Positions 34,044 to 41,656 of a stretch of 41,656 nucleotides of DNA are shown here, one piece after another. Both the position numbers and the translations under genes were made by a program. The DNA comes from a virus. Lineage: Duplodnaviria; Caudoviricetes. The stretch covers positions 1-41,656 of the IMG/VR virus record IMGVR_UViG_3300037424_000450. One strand, given 5' to 3'. Position 1 is the stretch's first letter. Each line of letters begins with the position of its first letter. The notes beneath the pieces are model-generated. The model was not told the DNA's origin, ran no database searches, and saw nothing but the letters and a program-made list of their open reading frames with translations.

Positions 34044-34109
34044 CCGTCCCGTGCTTTCGCCCCCCGAGCAATCGGAGGGCGGCGGGAAGAGACGACAGAG
34101 GAGGCAATC

Positions 34110-34229
34110 ATGACAGTAGCAATCCACACCCTTTTGTGGCGCAGGCTTCACGGCCACCAGACTTTGGTCATGGAGGCGCAGTCCAGCCTCCGCACCGACG
34201 AGGTCAAGCACGCTCTGAGGACTAACTGA
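34110..34229 (+). CDS. Hypothetical 39-aa protein
   Basis: GAGGAGG SD; manual translation MTVAIHTLLWRRL...ALRTN. Confidence 0.5.
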   Translation: MTVAIHTLLWRRLHGHQTLVMEAQSSLRTDEVKHALRTN

Positions 34230-34238
34230 GGGGGGCTT

Positions 34239-34409
34239 ATGAGCGGGACGAGGAGGAAGTGGTGCCAGAAGGTTGCCCTGGAGAACGTCGAGCTCTCGCC
34301 GGGGCTGTTCAGGATTCACGTCATGCAGATGAACGTCGGGCCGCCGGTGCAGTCAAAGATACTTCAACTTCACCGCCGGGAACGCAGGATGAGGAGGTTA
34401 GTGGGATGA
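34239..34409 (+). CDS. Hypothetical 56-aa protein
   Basis: GAGGGGG SD; ATGA-coupled to the next gene. Confidence 0.55.
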   Translation: MSGTRRKWCQKVALENVELSPGLFRIHVMQMNVGPPVQSKILQLHRRERRMRRLVG

Positions 34410-35509
34410 CAACACAACGACCGCAGGGGATAGCGGCACTCGAGAGCAGACCTTTGAGGCTTCCCCGCGCCGGCAGAATCAGGCTCGGCGAGAAGGAAGT
34501 CAACGACCGCGGCAAGGAATACCCGCGCGAGCTCGACTACTTCAACTGCACGGACGCCCCGCTCGTGGGAGACGTCTACGGGGAGAAGCCGAGAGCGATA
34601 GACGTCATCTTCCCGACGAACGACAAGCGCGCGATCGCCGACACCTGCTACATGAGATACGGGCAGAGCGGCCCGAAGTGCAGGGGCAACGGCGTCACTG
34701 CCTGGGACATGGAGACCGGCAAGGAGAGGGAGTGCCTCGGCGAAGAGTGCGAGCACGCCTCAGGAGACCGGCCTTCATGCAAGCGGCAGATGATCCTCAC
34801 CTTCGTCTGCTACATGGTCCCCGGCCTGTGCGTATACGACCTTGTGACTTCGGGCTGGCGGTCGATCGAGAACACGCTGGCCTTCCTGGACACGCTTGAA
34901 AGCCTGTTCGGCAGGATAGACGGGCTCCCGCTGAAGATGTACCGGGAGCCCTACGACACGACCCGCACGGACAAGGACGGCAAGCGCAAGAAGCAGGTCC
35001 ACCACTGCATCCGCTTGGACCTCGAGGCTTCGCTCCTGGACGTCAAGCGGCTCCAGTTGGGCGGCGGGGCACAGATGGAACTCCCGCCGGCGCCGGTCGA
35101 ATGTGCCGACGATATGTATCCCAAGTCGCTCCAGACCGAAGAGGCCGCTGCCCTGCCTCCAGGTGTCATCGTGGACACGGAGACGGGGGAGATCGTCTCT
35201 CCACCCCTGGCCGCGGTCCCCGACACCCCCGACGTCCTCGAGGGGTACGACGACGACCCGGTCTACCAGCTGGCGAAGGGCGGCATGGACATCCTTGACC
35301 TCGACAGGGCCGAGCGCCTCGAGCTCCTCTACAAATACCGCGACGACGCCGACGGCCTGTGCCACCACATCGGTGCCGTCATCGACAGCCAGCTGGTGGA
35401 GATCCCGCAGAAGCCCGAGCCCAACCCGGTGAAGCCAGCCCGGGCCCGCAAGCCGCAGGAGCCCGCGATCGAGGGGCCCGCCAAGCCACAGGGGAGGTAC
35501 GGATTCTAA
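34406..35509 (+). CDS. Gp3-like ('recombination directionality factor-like') phage recombination protein
   Basis: RLPRAGRIRLGEK...YPRELDYF, CRGNG, C...C...CKR, GLCVYDLVTSGWRS; AGGAGG SD. Confidence 0.7.
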   Translation: MTTQRPQGIAALESRPLRLPRAGRIRLGEKEVNDRGKEYPRELDYFNCTDAPLVGDVYGEKPRAIDVIFPTNDKRAIADTCYMRYGQSGPKCRGNGVTAWDMETGKERECLGEECEHASGDRPSCKRQMILTFVCYMVPGLCVYDLVTSGWRSIENTLAFLDTLESLFGRIDGLPLKMYREPYDTTRTDKDGKRKKQVHHCIRLDLEASLLDVKRLQLGGGAQMELPPAPVECADDMYPKSLQTEEAAALPPGVIVDTETGEIVSPPLAAVPDTPDVLEGYDDDPVYQLAKGGMDILDLDRAERLELLYKYRDDADGLCHHIGAVIDSQLVEIPQKPEPNPVKPARARKPQEPAIEGPAKPQGRYGF

Positions 35510-36549
35510 TGGGAACACCTTACAGCTACAGCCGCCTGTCCGCCTACCAGAACTGCCCCCGTTTCTACAAGGCCCGCTACATCGAGAAGCGGCCGGAGGC
35601 CCCCTCTGAGGCCCTCGAGCGGGGCAAGGCCGTCCACGAGGCGATCGCGGAATACACGAAGTACTGTTTGCACAACGGCCTGCAGACCGACCTCGAGTTC
35701 CTCCGCGAGTACCCCGGCACCGACGAGGTCAGGGAGATACTGTCGACCTTCGCGGACACGCACATGATCGAGCCCGGCAACTACACCTTCGAGGAGATGT
35801 GGAAGCTGGAGATGAGCCCGCACCCCTGGACCTGGTGGGGCGTAATAGACCTGCTCGAGGACAAGGGCGAGCTCCTGGTGATCGTCGATTATAAAACCGA
35901 TCATCAGCTGCGCTCGCAGACCGATGTCGACAAGGATCCTCAGCTCAAGTACTACGCCTGGATGGCCGCGACCAAGTTTCCACGAGCCCAGGAGATCATC
36001 TGCGGCATCGACTTTGTGCGCCACGGCGTCCTCAGGCAGACAACCTACACCCGCGACGACATACCGGCGATCGAGAAGCAGATCATCTCGCAGATCCAGG
36101 AGATGGAGGCCGACCGACAGTACCAGGCGGTGCCGGGTTCGGCCTGCGGTTACTGCTCCTACACCTCCGACTGCCCGGCTGTCCTTGCCGGCAACGTCGA
36201 CATCGTCTCGACCGATGACGAGGCAGGTCAGGCCGCCGCGCAGCTGATCGCGCTCAAGGCCCGCGTCAAGTCCCTCGAGGACCTGCTGAAGCCCTGGGCC
36301 TCAGCCAATGGAGCCATCGAGGTCAACGGCATGGAGGTCGGGTTCTTCAAGGCAGAGTCCTTCGGCTACGAGACCTCCGACATCTTCACTTTCGCTCTTG
36401 AGAACGGCCTTGCCCCCGAAGACGTCCTGCAGCCGAACACGACGGCGCTCAAGAAGCTCGCCAAGAACCCCGACTATGCAGCCACCCTCGAGGCCATAGC
36501 CACCGACAAGTCCACCACGCGCTTCACGACGAGGAAGGTGAAGACATGA
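35509..36549 (+). CDS. PD-(D/E)XK exonuclease (RecB/Cas4-like)
   Basis: SYSRLSAYQNCPR, GKAVHEAI, GVIDLL...IVDYKT, QLKYYA, CGYCSYTSDCP. Confidence 0.9.
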   Translation: MGTPYSYSRLSAYQNCPRFYKARYIEKRPEAPSEALERGKAVHEAIAEYTKYCLHNGLQTDLEFLREYPGTDEVREILSTFADTHMIEPGNYTFEEMWKLEMSPHPWTWWGVIDLLEDKGELLVIVDYKTDHQLRSQTDVDKDPQLKYYAWMAATKFPRAQEIICGIDFVRHGVLRQTTYTRDDIPAIEKQIISQIQEMEADRQYQAVPGSACGYCSYTSDCPAVLAGNVDIVSTDDEAGQAAAQLIALKARVKSLEDLLKPWASANGAIEVNGMEVGFFKAESFGYETSDIFTFALENGLAPEDVLQPNTTALKKLAKNPDYAATLEAIATDKSTTRFTTRKVKT

Positions 36550-38423
36550 AGATAGACAGTCTCATCCTGGAGAGCATCACCAGTTACGCGGGGATGAAGG
36601 CCGACTTCCCGCACAAGATCTCTGTGATTCTCGGCCACAACGCCGCCGGCAAGACCACGCTCCTGGACGCGATCACGTACGCGCTCACCAAGTCCTGCGA
36701 CCGTACCGACAAGGCCGGCAGGGGAGCAGAGAACATGATCCGCACCGGCGTCGCCAAGGACGGGCTCATCATGATGCAGGTCTCCAGCAACGGCGACGAG
36801 CCAATCAAACTGGCGCGCCCGATACCTGGTGAGCTCGCGATCGAGGGCCAGCACGGCAATACCACGCAGCTGCAGGCCAACCTGAACGACTACCTGGGCG
36901 TCGAGACGTCCGTCCTCTCAGCCGCCCTGTCGACCACGGCATTCATCGACATGAAGCCGAGCGAGCAGAAGAGCCTGCTGTTCGGGTTGCTGGGGCTGAA
37001 CTTCGAGAGAGACGACGTCCTGCAGCGAATCCTGGTTGAGCTTCCCGGTCCTGTCGAAGAGATCAGCGCCGACGATCCCGTTGTTCGTTTGCTCACTGCT
37101 GCCCCCGCCAACCTCTTCACCGGCGAGGCCTCCACCTTCGACCTTCTCCACAAGCATTTCTACACCCTCCGCCGCGACTACAAGCGCGACCTCAAAGCCC
37201 TGGGCGAGCCCGAGCAGCAGAAGCTACCGGATGCCCCACCAACCGCCGAGATCGTGGAGCTGCTCGAGGACCTGCGGGGGCAGCGGGCAGCCCTGATGGG
37301 CAAGAAGGACGCGGGGCAAGCAGCGGTTGCCATGCGCGACAGGTTAGGCAGCGAACTCCAGGAATTGCGCGCACGGCTCGATATCGCTGGGGACCCGGAG
37401 GCGGCGCAAGCGGAACTCAAAGGCCTTGACGACGACTACTACCAGAAGGCGCAAGTAGCCCATGACTTAGGCGTCGAGGTGCGCGCACTCCAGGAAGCGA
37501 TCGACGCTTTCGAAGACGATACGGACGGCTACGCATGCCCCGTCGGTACCGATGCTGGCGTGGAAGTCCAGTGTGGCATGACCGCGGCCAAGCGCAAGAA
37601 GGTCATCGACGAACTGAAAGACAAGGTCTCTGGGCTCAACGATGAAATCGCACTGATAGACGTGCAGATGAAACCCCTTGCCGAGAAGATCAGCGGACTC
37701 AAGGAGGAAGCTGCCAAGCCCTCCCGCGCCCACCTCGAGGCAGAGATCGACAGGAAGTTTCACGAAGTCGGAGAGCTTCCGCCGCCCGTCCTCGAGGGTG
37801 ACGATATTTCTTCCGAGATCGCCACGCTCACCGACCGCATAGCCAACGGTGAGCAGGTCCTGGCCTCGGCCAACCGCGAGGAAGGGGCACGACAGGAGCG
37901 TGAGAAGCAGCAGCAGAAGCGCGCGGGACTCGAGCAGACCGTCGAGGTCCTCGAGGCCCTGGTCGACGTCCTCTCCCCGTCGGGACTGCCGGGCAAGATC
38001 CTCTCGCAGACCATCGGGCCGATCGAGCAGCGGGCGAACGAGAGGCTCCAGGAGCTCACGGGGGGCCGCTACTCCCTCCACCTGGTACTTGACCCCGACT
38101 TCGCCATCCTCGTCGACCACGACGGCGTGACCACGGACCTGAAGCGGCTGTCCTCTAGCGAGCGGTTCCGCGTGGGGCTCATCCTCCAAGAGGCGCTTGT
38201 GCACCTCTCGGGGCTGCGCTTCATGATCGTCGACAACCTCGACATCCTGGACGCCCACAACCGCGACCTGGCTATGGACGCCCTGGTTGCGATGGCTCCT
38301 GAGCTCGACCAGGTGATCGTGCTAGCGACCATCGGACCCGGTGGCGCACACCCTCTGAACCCGCCTATCGACGACGTGGCTCTCTACCTGCTCGAGGACG
38401 GGCAGCTGCGGGAGGTGGAGTAG
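36546..38423 (+). CDS. Rad50/SbcC-like SMC-family ATPase
   Basis: GHNAAGKTT Walker A, long coiled coil, LSSSE signature, FMIVDNLDILD Walker B/D-loop. Confidence 0.9.
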   Translation: MKIDSLILESITSYAGMKADFPHKISVILGHNAAGKTTLLDAITYALTKSCDRTDKAGRGAENMIRTGVAKDGLIMMQVSSNGDEPIKLARPIPGELAIEGQHGNTTQLQANLNDYLGVETSVLSAALSTTAFIDMKPSEQKSLLFGLLGLNFERDDVLQRILVELPGPVEEISADDPVVRLLTAAPANLFTGEASTFDLLHKHFYTLRRDYKRDLKALGEPEQQKLPDAPPTAEIVELLEDLRGQRAALMGKKDAGQAAVAMRDRLGSELQELRARLDIAGDPEAAQAELKGLDDDYYQKAQVAHDLGVEVRALQEAIDAFEDDTDGYACPVGTDAGVEVQCGMTAAKRKKVIDELKDKVSGLNDEIALIDVQMKPLAEKISGLKEEAAKPSRAHLEAEIDRKFHEVGELPPPVLEGDDISSEIATLTDRIANGEQVLASANREEGARQEREKQQQKRAGLEQTVEVLEALVDVLSPSGLPGKILSQTIGPIEQRANERLQELTGGRYSLHLVLDPDFAILVDHDGVTTDLKRLSSSERFRVGLILQEALVHLSGLRFMIVDNLDILDAHNRDLAMDALVAMAPELDQVIVLATIGPGGAHPLNPPIDDVALYLLEDGQLREVE

Positions 38424-38876
38424 ATGGCTGGCTGGTCAGAAGGTAGCTGGGTATCGGGGAAAGCCAAGGGCGACACGGAGCCAGACAAGGTTCACATCTG
38501 CGACAAGTCCTACCTCGGTGGCCTTGGTGGCAAGACGGCTTGCGGCCTCACCCTCGACCCCTACTTCTGGATATTCATCGAGCGGCACATGCAGGAATTC
38601 GTCGTGCTCGAGAAGTGCCCTGGGTGCTTCGGCTTCCCAGACGAGAATTGCGAATCGGGCTGCGAGGCTCCAGTAATGCACCACGACTCTGACATGGTCC
38701 CGCTCTGCGACAAATGCTGGGCCGCGCTCCTGGAGTGCGTCGAGGTTGAAGATGCTGCGCTGCCTCCCTGCGAGTTTCGCAACATGGAAGACGGCGAGAT
38801 TTACTGCCAACACAAGGAAGCGATCGAGGGGGCGACTCCCGAGGCGGAGTGCCGCGAGTGCATGGAGGTGGAGTAG
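38424..38876 (+). CDS. Cys-rich hypothetical protein
   Basis: GGAGGT SD; multiple Cys/His clusters. Confidence 0.7.
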   Translation: MAGWSEGSWVSGKAKGDTEPDKVHICDKSYLGGLGGKTACGLTLDPYFWIFIERHMQEFVVLEKCPGCFGFPDENCESGCEAPVMHHDSDMVPLCDKCWAALLECVEVEDAALPPCEFRNMEDGEIYCQHKEAIEGATPEAECRECMEVE

Positions 38877-39065
38877 GTGAAAACGGCAGACAACACGCAA
38901 GAGAACATCTGTCTGGTCTGCGCGGCGGGGCCATATTCACCCGAATGCGGAGGCGAGGAACTGGTGTTCGGTGACGGCTACGGGAATGACAACATCATCG
39001 GCTGTGATGCTTTCGAGGCAGCAGGCGGCGTTCCCGACGGAGGTTGGGCAGGGGAGGTGGAGTAG
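38877..39065 (+). CDS. Cys-containing hypothetical protein
   Basis: GGAGGT SD; CLVC...C...C. Confidence 0.65.
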   Translation: MKTADNTQENICLVCAAGPYSPECGGEELVFGDGYGNDNIIGCDAFEAAGGVPDGGWAGEVE

Positions 39066-39278
39066 ATGGAGTGTCCCCTGACGAAGGCGGCCGTCATCAC
39101 AGCAGCGGGCACGGACCCCGGGGCGCTGGTAGGGATGCTCGAGCGCGGGCTTGCCGATTGCACCGCAACCTGTGCCTGGTGGGCGGGAGCGGGAACGCCT
39201 GGTTACGGCGACTGCGCGATCACTCACCTGGGCTACGAGGCGTCTCTCAAGCGCCACGAGAGGGAGGCCTCCAAGTGA
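39066..39278 (+). CDS. Cys-containing hypothetical protein
   Basis: GGAGGT SD; CPL...CTATCAWW...CAI motif. Confidence 0.7.
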   Translation: MECPLTKAAVITAAGTDPGALVGMLERGLADCTATCAWWAGAGTPGYGDCAITHLGYEASLKRHEREASK

Positions 39279-39457
39279 CCACCCCTCTCACCCCCGCCGA
39301 GCGCCACATACTCGAGCTCACCAACAGGGGCTACGAGGACGCCGCGATCGCACAGACCTTCGGGCTTCGCATCGCCGACATGAGGGCGATGAGAGACGCG
39401 GCTGAGAAGAAGCTGGAGAACGTCCCGGCACAGAGGGAGGAATATTGGGACCGCTAG
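39275..39457 (+). CDS. LuxR/sigma-region-4-like HTH protein
   Basis: LTPAERHILELTNRGYEDAAIAQTFGL...AAEKKL; GGAGG SD, GTGA overlap. Confidence 0.7.
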   Translation: MTTPLTPAERHILELTNRGYEDAAIAQTFGLRIADMRAMRDAAEKKLENVPAQREEYWDR

Positions 39458-39609
39458 TAGGTTGCATCCACTACACAAGCGAGCACCGCACATTCGACTA
39501 CCCCGGCAGCGAGGGGTGTGACAAGGACCAGGACTTCGAGGACTGCGGCCCCGACTGCCCGGGCTACGAGGAGCCGATGGACCCCGCGAACGAATCGAGG
39601 GCGATATGA
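39445..39609 (+). CDS. Hypothetical 54-aa acidic Cys-containing protein
   Basis: GGAGG SD before TTG; manual translation ...GCIHY...GCDKDQDFEDCGPDCPGYEE; ATGA-coupled. Confidence 0.55.
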   Translation: MGPLVGCIHYTSEHRTFDYPGSEGCDKDQDFEDCGPDCPGYEEPMDPANESRAI

Positions 39610-39803
39610 AAAAGCGGACACTCGAGAAGCTCTGCAGTGAGTTCATCCTGAAGACATTCCCCCTGATCGCTGACCTCGAGCAGCGGGTGGCGCGTCTGGA
39701 GACGCTGGATGACCAGCTGGCGCGCGATGTCCTGCAACTGAAGGATAACCCTATCCACCCCCGGAGTGGCGGGATACGCCGCTTCGACCAGGAGGGCCGA
39801 TGA
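39606..39803 (+). CDS. Hypothetical coiled-coil protein
   Basis: ATGA overlaps at both ends. Confidence 0.6.
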   Translation: MKKRTLEKLCSEFILKTFPLIADLEQRVARLETLDDQLARDVLQLKDNPIHPRSGGIRRFDQEGR

Positions 39804-40054
39804 CCATCAATGACCTCTGCCCCGGGTTCGACCGGCAGCCGCTGTCCAGTCAGCTGACCGAAGTGCTCCGCCGCGCCCGAGCCTGTCATGCGAACGTCGA
39901 GATCATCGCCGACCCACGCTTGATCGGCAAGCTGGGCGACTACCTGGACCTGGGAATAGAGATAGCGGACAAGATGGCCGGGGCGGGGAGCTTATCCCCG
40001 AGTTGCCACGAGCTACGCAACCCCGCTCCGGTTTCCCCTGAGGAGGCGGCGTGA
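39800..40054 (+). CDS. Hypothetical protein
   Basis: AGGAGG SD, ATGA overlap. Confidence 0.6.
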   Translation: MTINDLCPGFDRQPLSSQLTEVLRRARACHANVEIIADPRLIGKLGDYLDLGIEIADKMAGAGSLSPSCHELRNPAPVSPEEAA

Positions 40055-40173
40055 ACTTCTCTACCCTCGAGGTGGGTTGGGCGCGCCGGGTCCGCTGCGA
40101 ACCCTGCCAGGAAGTGAGCCTGCGCCGGCGCAACAGGGTGAACAGACGCCGAGAAAGGGCGCGACTGGTATGA
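40051..40173 (+). CDS. Hypothetical 40-aa basic protein with one CxxC
   Basis: AGGAGG SD; GTGA and ATGA overlaps; manual translation. Confidence 0.5.
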   Translation: MNFSTLEVGWARRVRCEPCQEVSLRRRNRVNRRRERARLV

Positions 40174-40295
40174 CCTGCTCTGATTGCCCCCACGACTGCT
40201 ATATCGAGTGCTCGGAGTTCCACGGCTACTGCCTGAACCTCCTGCGCTTCGTGGTGGCCTCGAGCAGCTGCGAGACGGAAGAGGAGGCGGGTTGA
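40170..40295 (+). CDS. Hypothetical 41-aa Cys-rich protein
   Basis: MTCSDCPHDCYIEC...; ATGA and TTGA overlaps. Confidence 0.5.
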   Translation: MTCSDCPHDCYIECSEFHGYCLNLLRFVVASSSCETEEEAG

Positions 40296-40651
40296 CGGAC
40301 GCCGAGCTCCCTGAAAAATCTGTCATCCTCGTGGCTTACCTCAGCCGCCACCCCGGGAAGTCCTTCACCGCCGCGGACCTGATGGACGTCCTGAACCTCT
40401 CGAACGACAGGGACCTCAGAGACGTCGTGCGCTACGCCAGGTTGAAGTTGCGAGAGCCGGTCATCTCCACGTTCAGCGGCCAGTACCGCTGGCCTGAGGG
40501 CTCCGACGACGACGAGGCGGATCACTGCATCAAGCAGAAGCGCGCGGTGGCCAGGGACGCCTTCGCGGTGGCTGATGCTATAGAGGACGGGATGAAGCGG
40601 CGGTTCCCTGCGGAGCCGGTGCAGCTGAACCTCCTGGAAGGAGTGGCATGA
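40292..40651 (+). CDS. Winged-HTH DNA-binding protein
   Basis: FTAADLMDVLNLSNDRDLRDVVRYAR...PVIST..GQYRW; GAGGAGG SD before TTG. Confidence 0.7.
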   Translation: MTDAELPEKSVILVAYLSRHPGKSFTAADLMDVLNLSNDRDLRDVVRYARLKLREPVISTFSGQYRWPEGSDDDEADHCIKQKRAVARDAFAVADAIEDGMKRRFPAEPVQLNLLEGVA

Positions 40652-40854
40652 GAATCCAGAGACGCGACGGTGGTTCTACCCACCACGGACACCGGCAAAA
40701 AAAGCGCGGAGGGTACACGCTGACCTGCAAACGCGACAGGCTAGTGCCGTTTTCGGTGTTCAAGCGAACGAAACGGGCCATTGACTGCCCGATTTGCATG
40801 GAGTACCTCGCTTTCAAGAGGTCAGAGAAGCAGATCGGGGGGGACAGTGGCTAA
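40648..40854 (+). CDS. Hypothetical His/Cys zinc-binding protein
   Basis: THH...TLTC...IDCPIC; AAGGAG SD. Confidence 0.6.
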   Translation: MRIQRRDGGSTHHGHRQKKRGGYTLTCKRDRLVPFSVFKRTKRAIDCPICMEYLAFKRSEKQIGGDSG

Positions 40855-41509
40855 AAGACGCATGCTCGACCAGCGTATCGCCAGGAGCGGCAAGCTCAGC
40901 GACGTCTCATTTGCGGCCGAGTGTATCTGGTATCGCATCCTGCCCCACGTTGATGATGCAGGCAACCTGCCGGCGGACGTCGAGGAGCTCCGGGCGACGA
41001 TCATTCCCTTGGGCAAGAAGGGGAAACAGGTTTCCTTCAAGCATTTGGAAGGTTATATCGCCGAACTTGAGCACGTAGGGCTGATACAGAGGTACCAGGC
41101 GGACAGCAAGCCGTTCCTTCACTTCTCCCGGTTCCTTGATTTCCAGACGCTCCGGAAGGACCGTGGCCTGACTATCGAGTGGCCTGAACCCCCCGATGAC
41201 ATACCAGTGACAACCACTGGTTTACCACCGGCAACCAGTGACAACCCAGTGGTTTACCGTGACATGCTCGCGCGCGCCCGAGAACTGAACGGAACTGAAC
41301 TGAACTTAAAGAAAGACGCGCGCGAGCCTGACGATTGTGGAAATGTGGATAACCCGGAATGTGCACAAGTGCACGAAGGGGAAATCAAGGACCCGAAAAT
41401 GAGAGCTGCCCTGGCAAGGCTGGCCGGCGATGCGATCAAGCCCGCCATGTCACCCCAGGAGATCGCGGAGATCCAGGACCAGACCGCGGCCGAGAGACGA
41501 CGGGTATGA
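40847..41509 (+). CDS. Phage replication initiator (replisome-organiser N-terminal type)
   Basis: MAKRRML...ILPHVDDAGNL...ELEHVGLIQRY...FLDFQ; internal iteron-like repeats. Confidence 0.8.
   Translation: MAKRRMLDQRIARSGKLSDVSFAAECIWYRILPHVDDAGNLPADVEELRATIIPLGKKGKQVSFKHLEGYIAELEHVGLIQRYQADSKPFLHFSRFLDFQTLRKDRGLTIEWPEPPDDIPVTTTGLPPATSDNPVVYRDMLARARELNGTELNLKKDAREPDDCGNVDNPECAQVHEGEIKDPKMRAALARLAGDAIKPAMSPQEIAEIQDQTAAERRRV
41197..41307. repeat. Iteron-like repeats (putative origin) inside the initiator gene
   Basis: ACCAGTGACAACC at 41203-41215 and 41234-41246, TGGTTTACC twice, then GAACT/GAACG 5-mer repeats. Confidence 0.65.
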
Positions 41510-41635
41510 CAGGCAACATGGAGGTTCCGAGATGCACTACCACGCCCGACCTACCGGCGAACCTGCCTCACGCGAGATGACGCAACGAGCGCGAGTGGCA
41601 ATCACCAACATCGACTTGAGCACAGAGGGGGAGAG

Positions 41636-41656
41636 ATGAAGACCTACACACAAGCA
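41636..41656 (+). CDS. 5' end of a gene (MKTYTQA...), truncated; probably the start of the pentapeptide-repeat protein
   Basis: GAGGGGGAG SD, ATGA overlap, runs off the window end. Confidence 0.5.

Larger units (their letters stand above)
38411..39068 (+). repeat. Three copies of the gene-junction motif GGAGGTGGAGTAG(A/G)TG
   Basis: At 38411-38426, 38864-38879 and 39053-39068. Confidence 0.85.
1..41656 (+). mobile_element. Tailed bacteriophage genome (siphovirus-like), probably near-complete
   Basis: Full head-neck-tail-lysis gene order plus recombination and replication modules; no host housekeeping genes; co-oriented, overlapping genes. Confidence 0.95.

Noticed and set aside
35509-36549. 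cas4 as part of a CRISPR-Cas system
   Set aside because: Stand-alone phage PD-(D/E)XK nuclease in a recombination module; no other cas genes or array
1-41656. Genome-wide stop-codon reassignment
   Set aside because: TGA, TAG and TAA all terminate clearly delimited genes, with many ATGA/GTGA overlaps, under code 11

Overview
A high-GC tailed dsDNA phage (siphovirus-like) genome, apparently near-complete and linearised inside a pentapeptide-repeat gene. Nearly all genes are on the + strand and many are translationally coupled. Order: DNA-modification and small early/middle genes (Dam-type MTase, a dual-frame C5 MTase, DUF1599-like and DUF4406-like proteins); a sigma70-type promoter, structured ~190-nt leader and terminator; HNH, TerS, TerL, SPP1-like portal, head morphogenesis protein, scaffold and N4-gp56-like major capsid protein; a 4-kb cassette of two glycosyltransferases, two methyltransferases and an O-acetyltransferase inside the head module; neck/tail genes with a probable +1 chaperone frameshift, tape measure, and Dit- and Tal-like proteins sharing a paralogous N-terminal module; CHAP endolysin and holins; a Zn-finger metallophosphoesterase; an AT-rich palindromic control region; a Cro-like HTH; a Gp3-like/PD-(D/E)XK/Rad50-like recombination module; Cys-rich micro-ORFs; and a replication initiator with internal iterons. 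No integrase, CI, reverse transcriptase, tRNA or CRISPR array was recognised. The most unusual signals are a hidden minus-strand 78-codon frame (33278-33514) whose three in-frame TGA codons each occupy the first Cys position of a CxxC motif (candidate phage selenoprotein, not proven), the virion-glycan cassette, the pR'/tR'-like leader and the 1.08-kb dual-coded methyltransferase. All family assignments come from motif recognition by eye, not from database searches.
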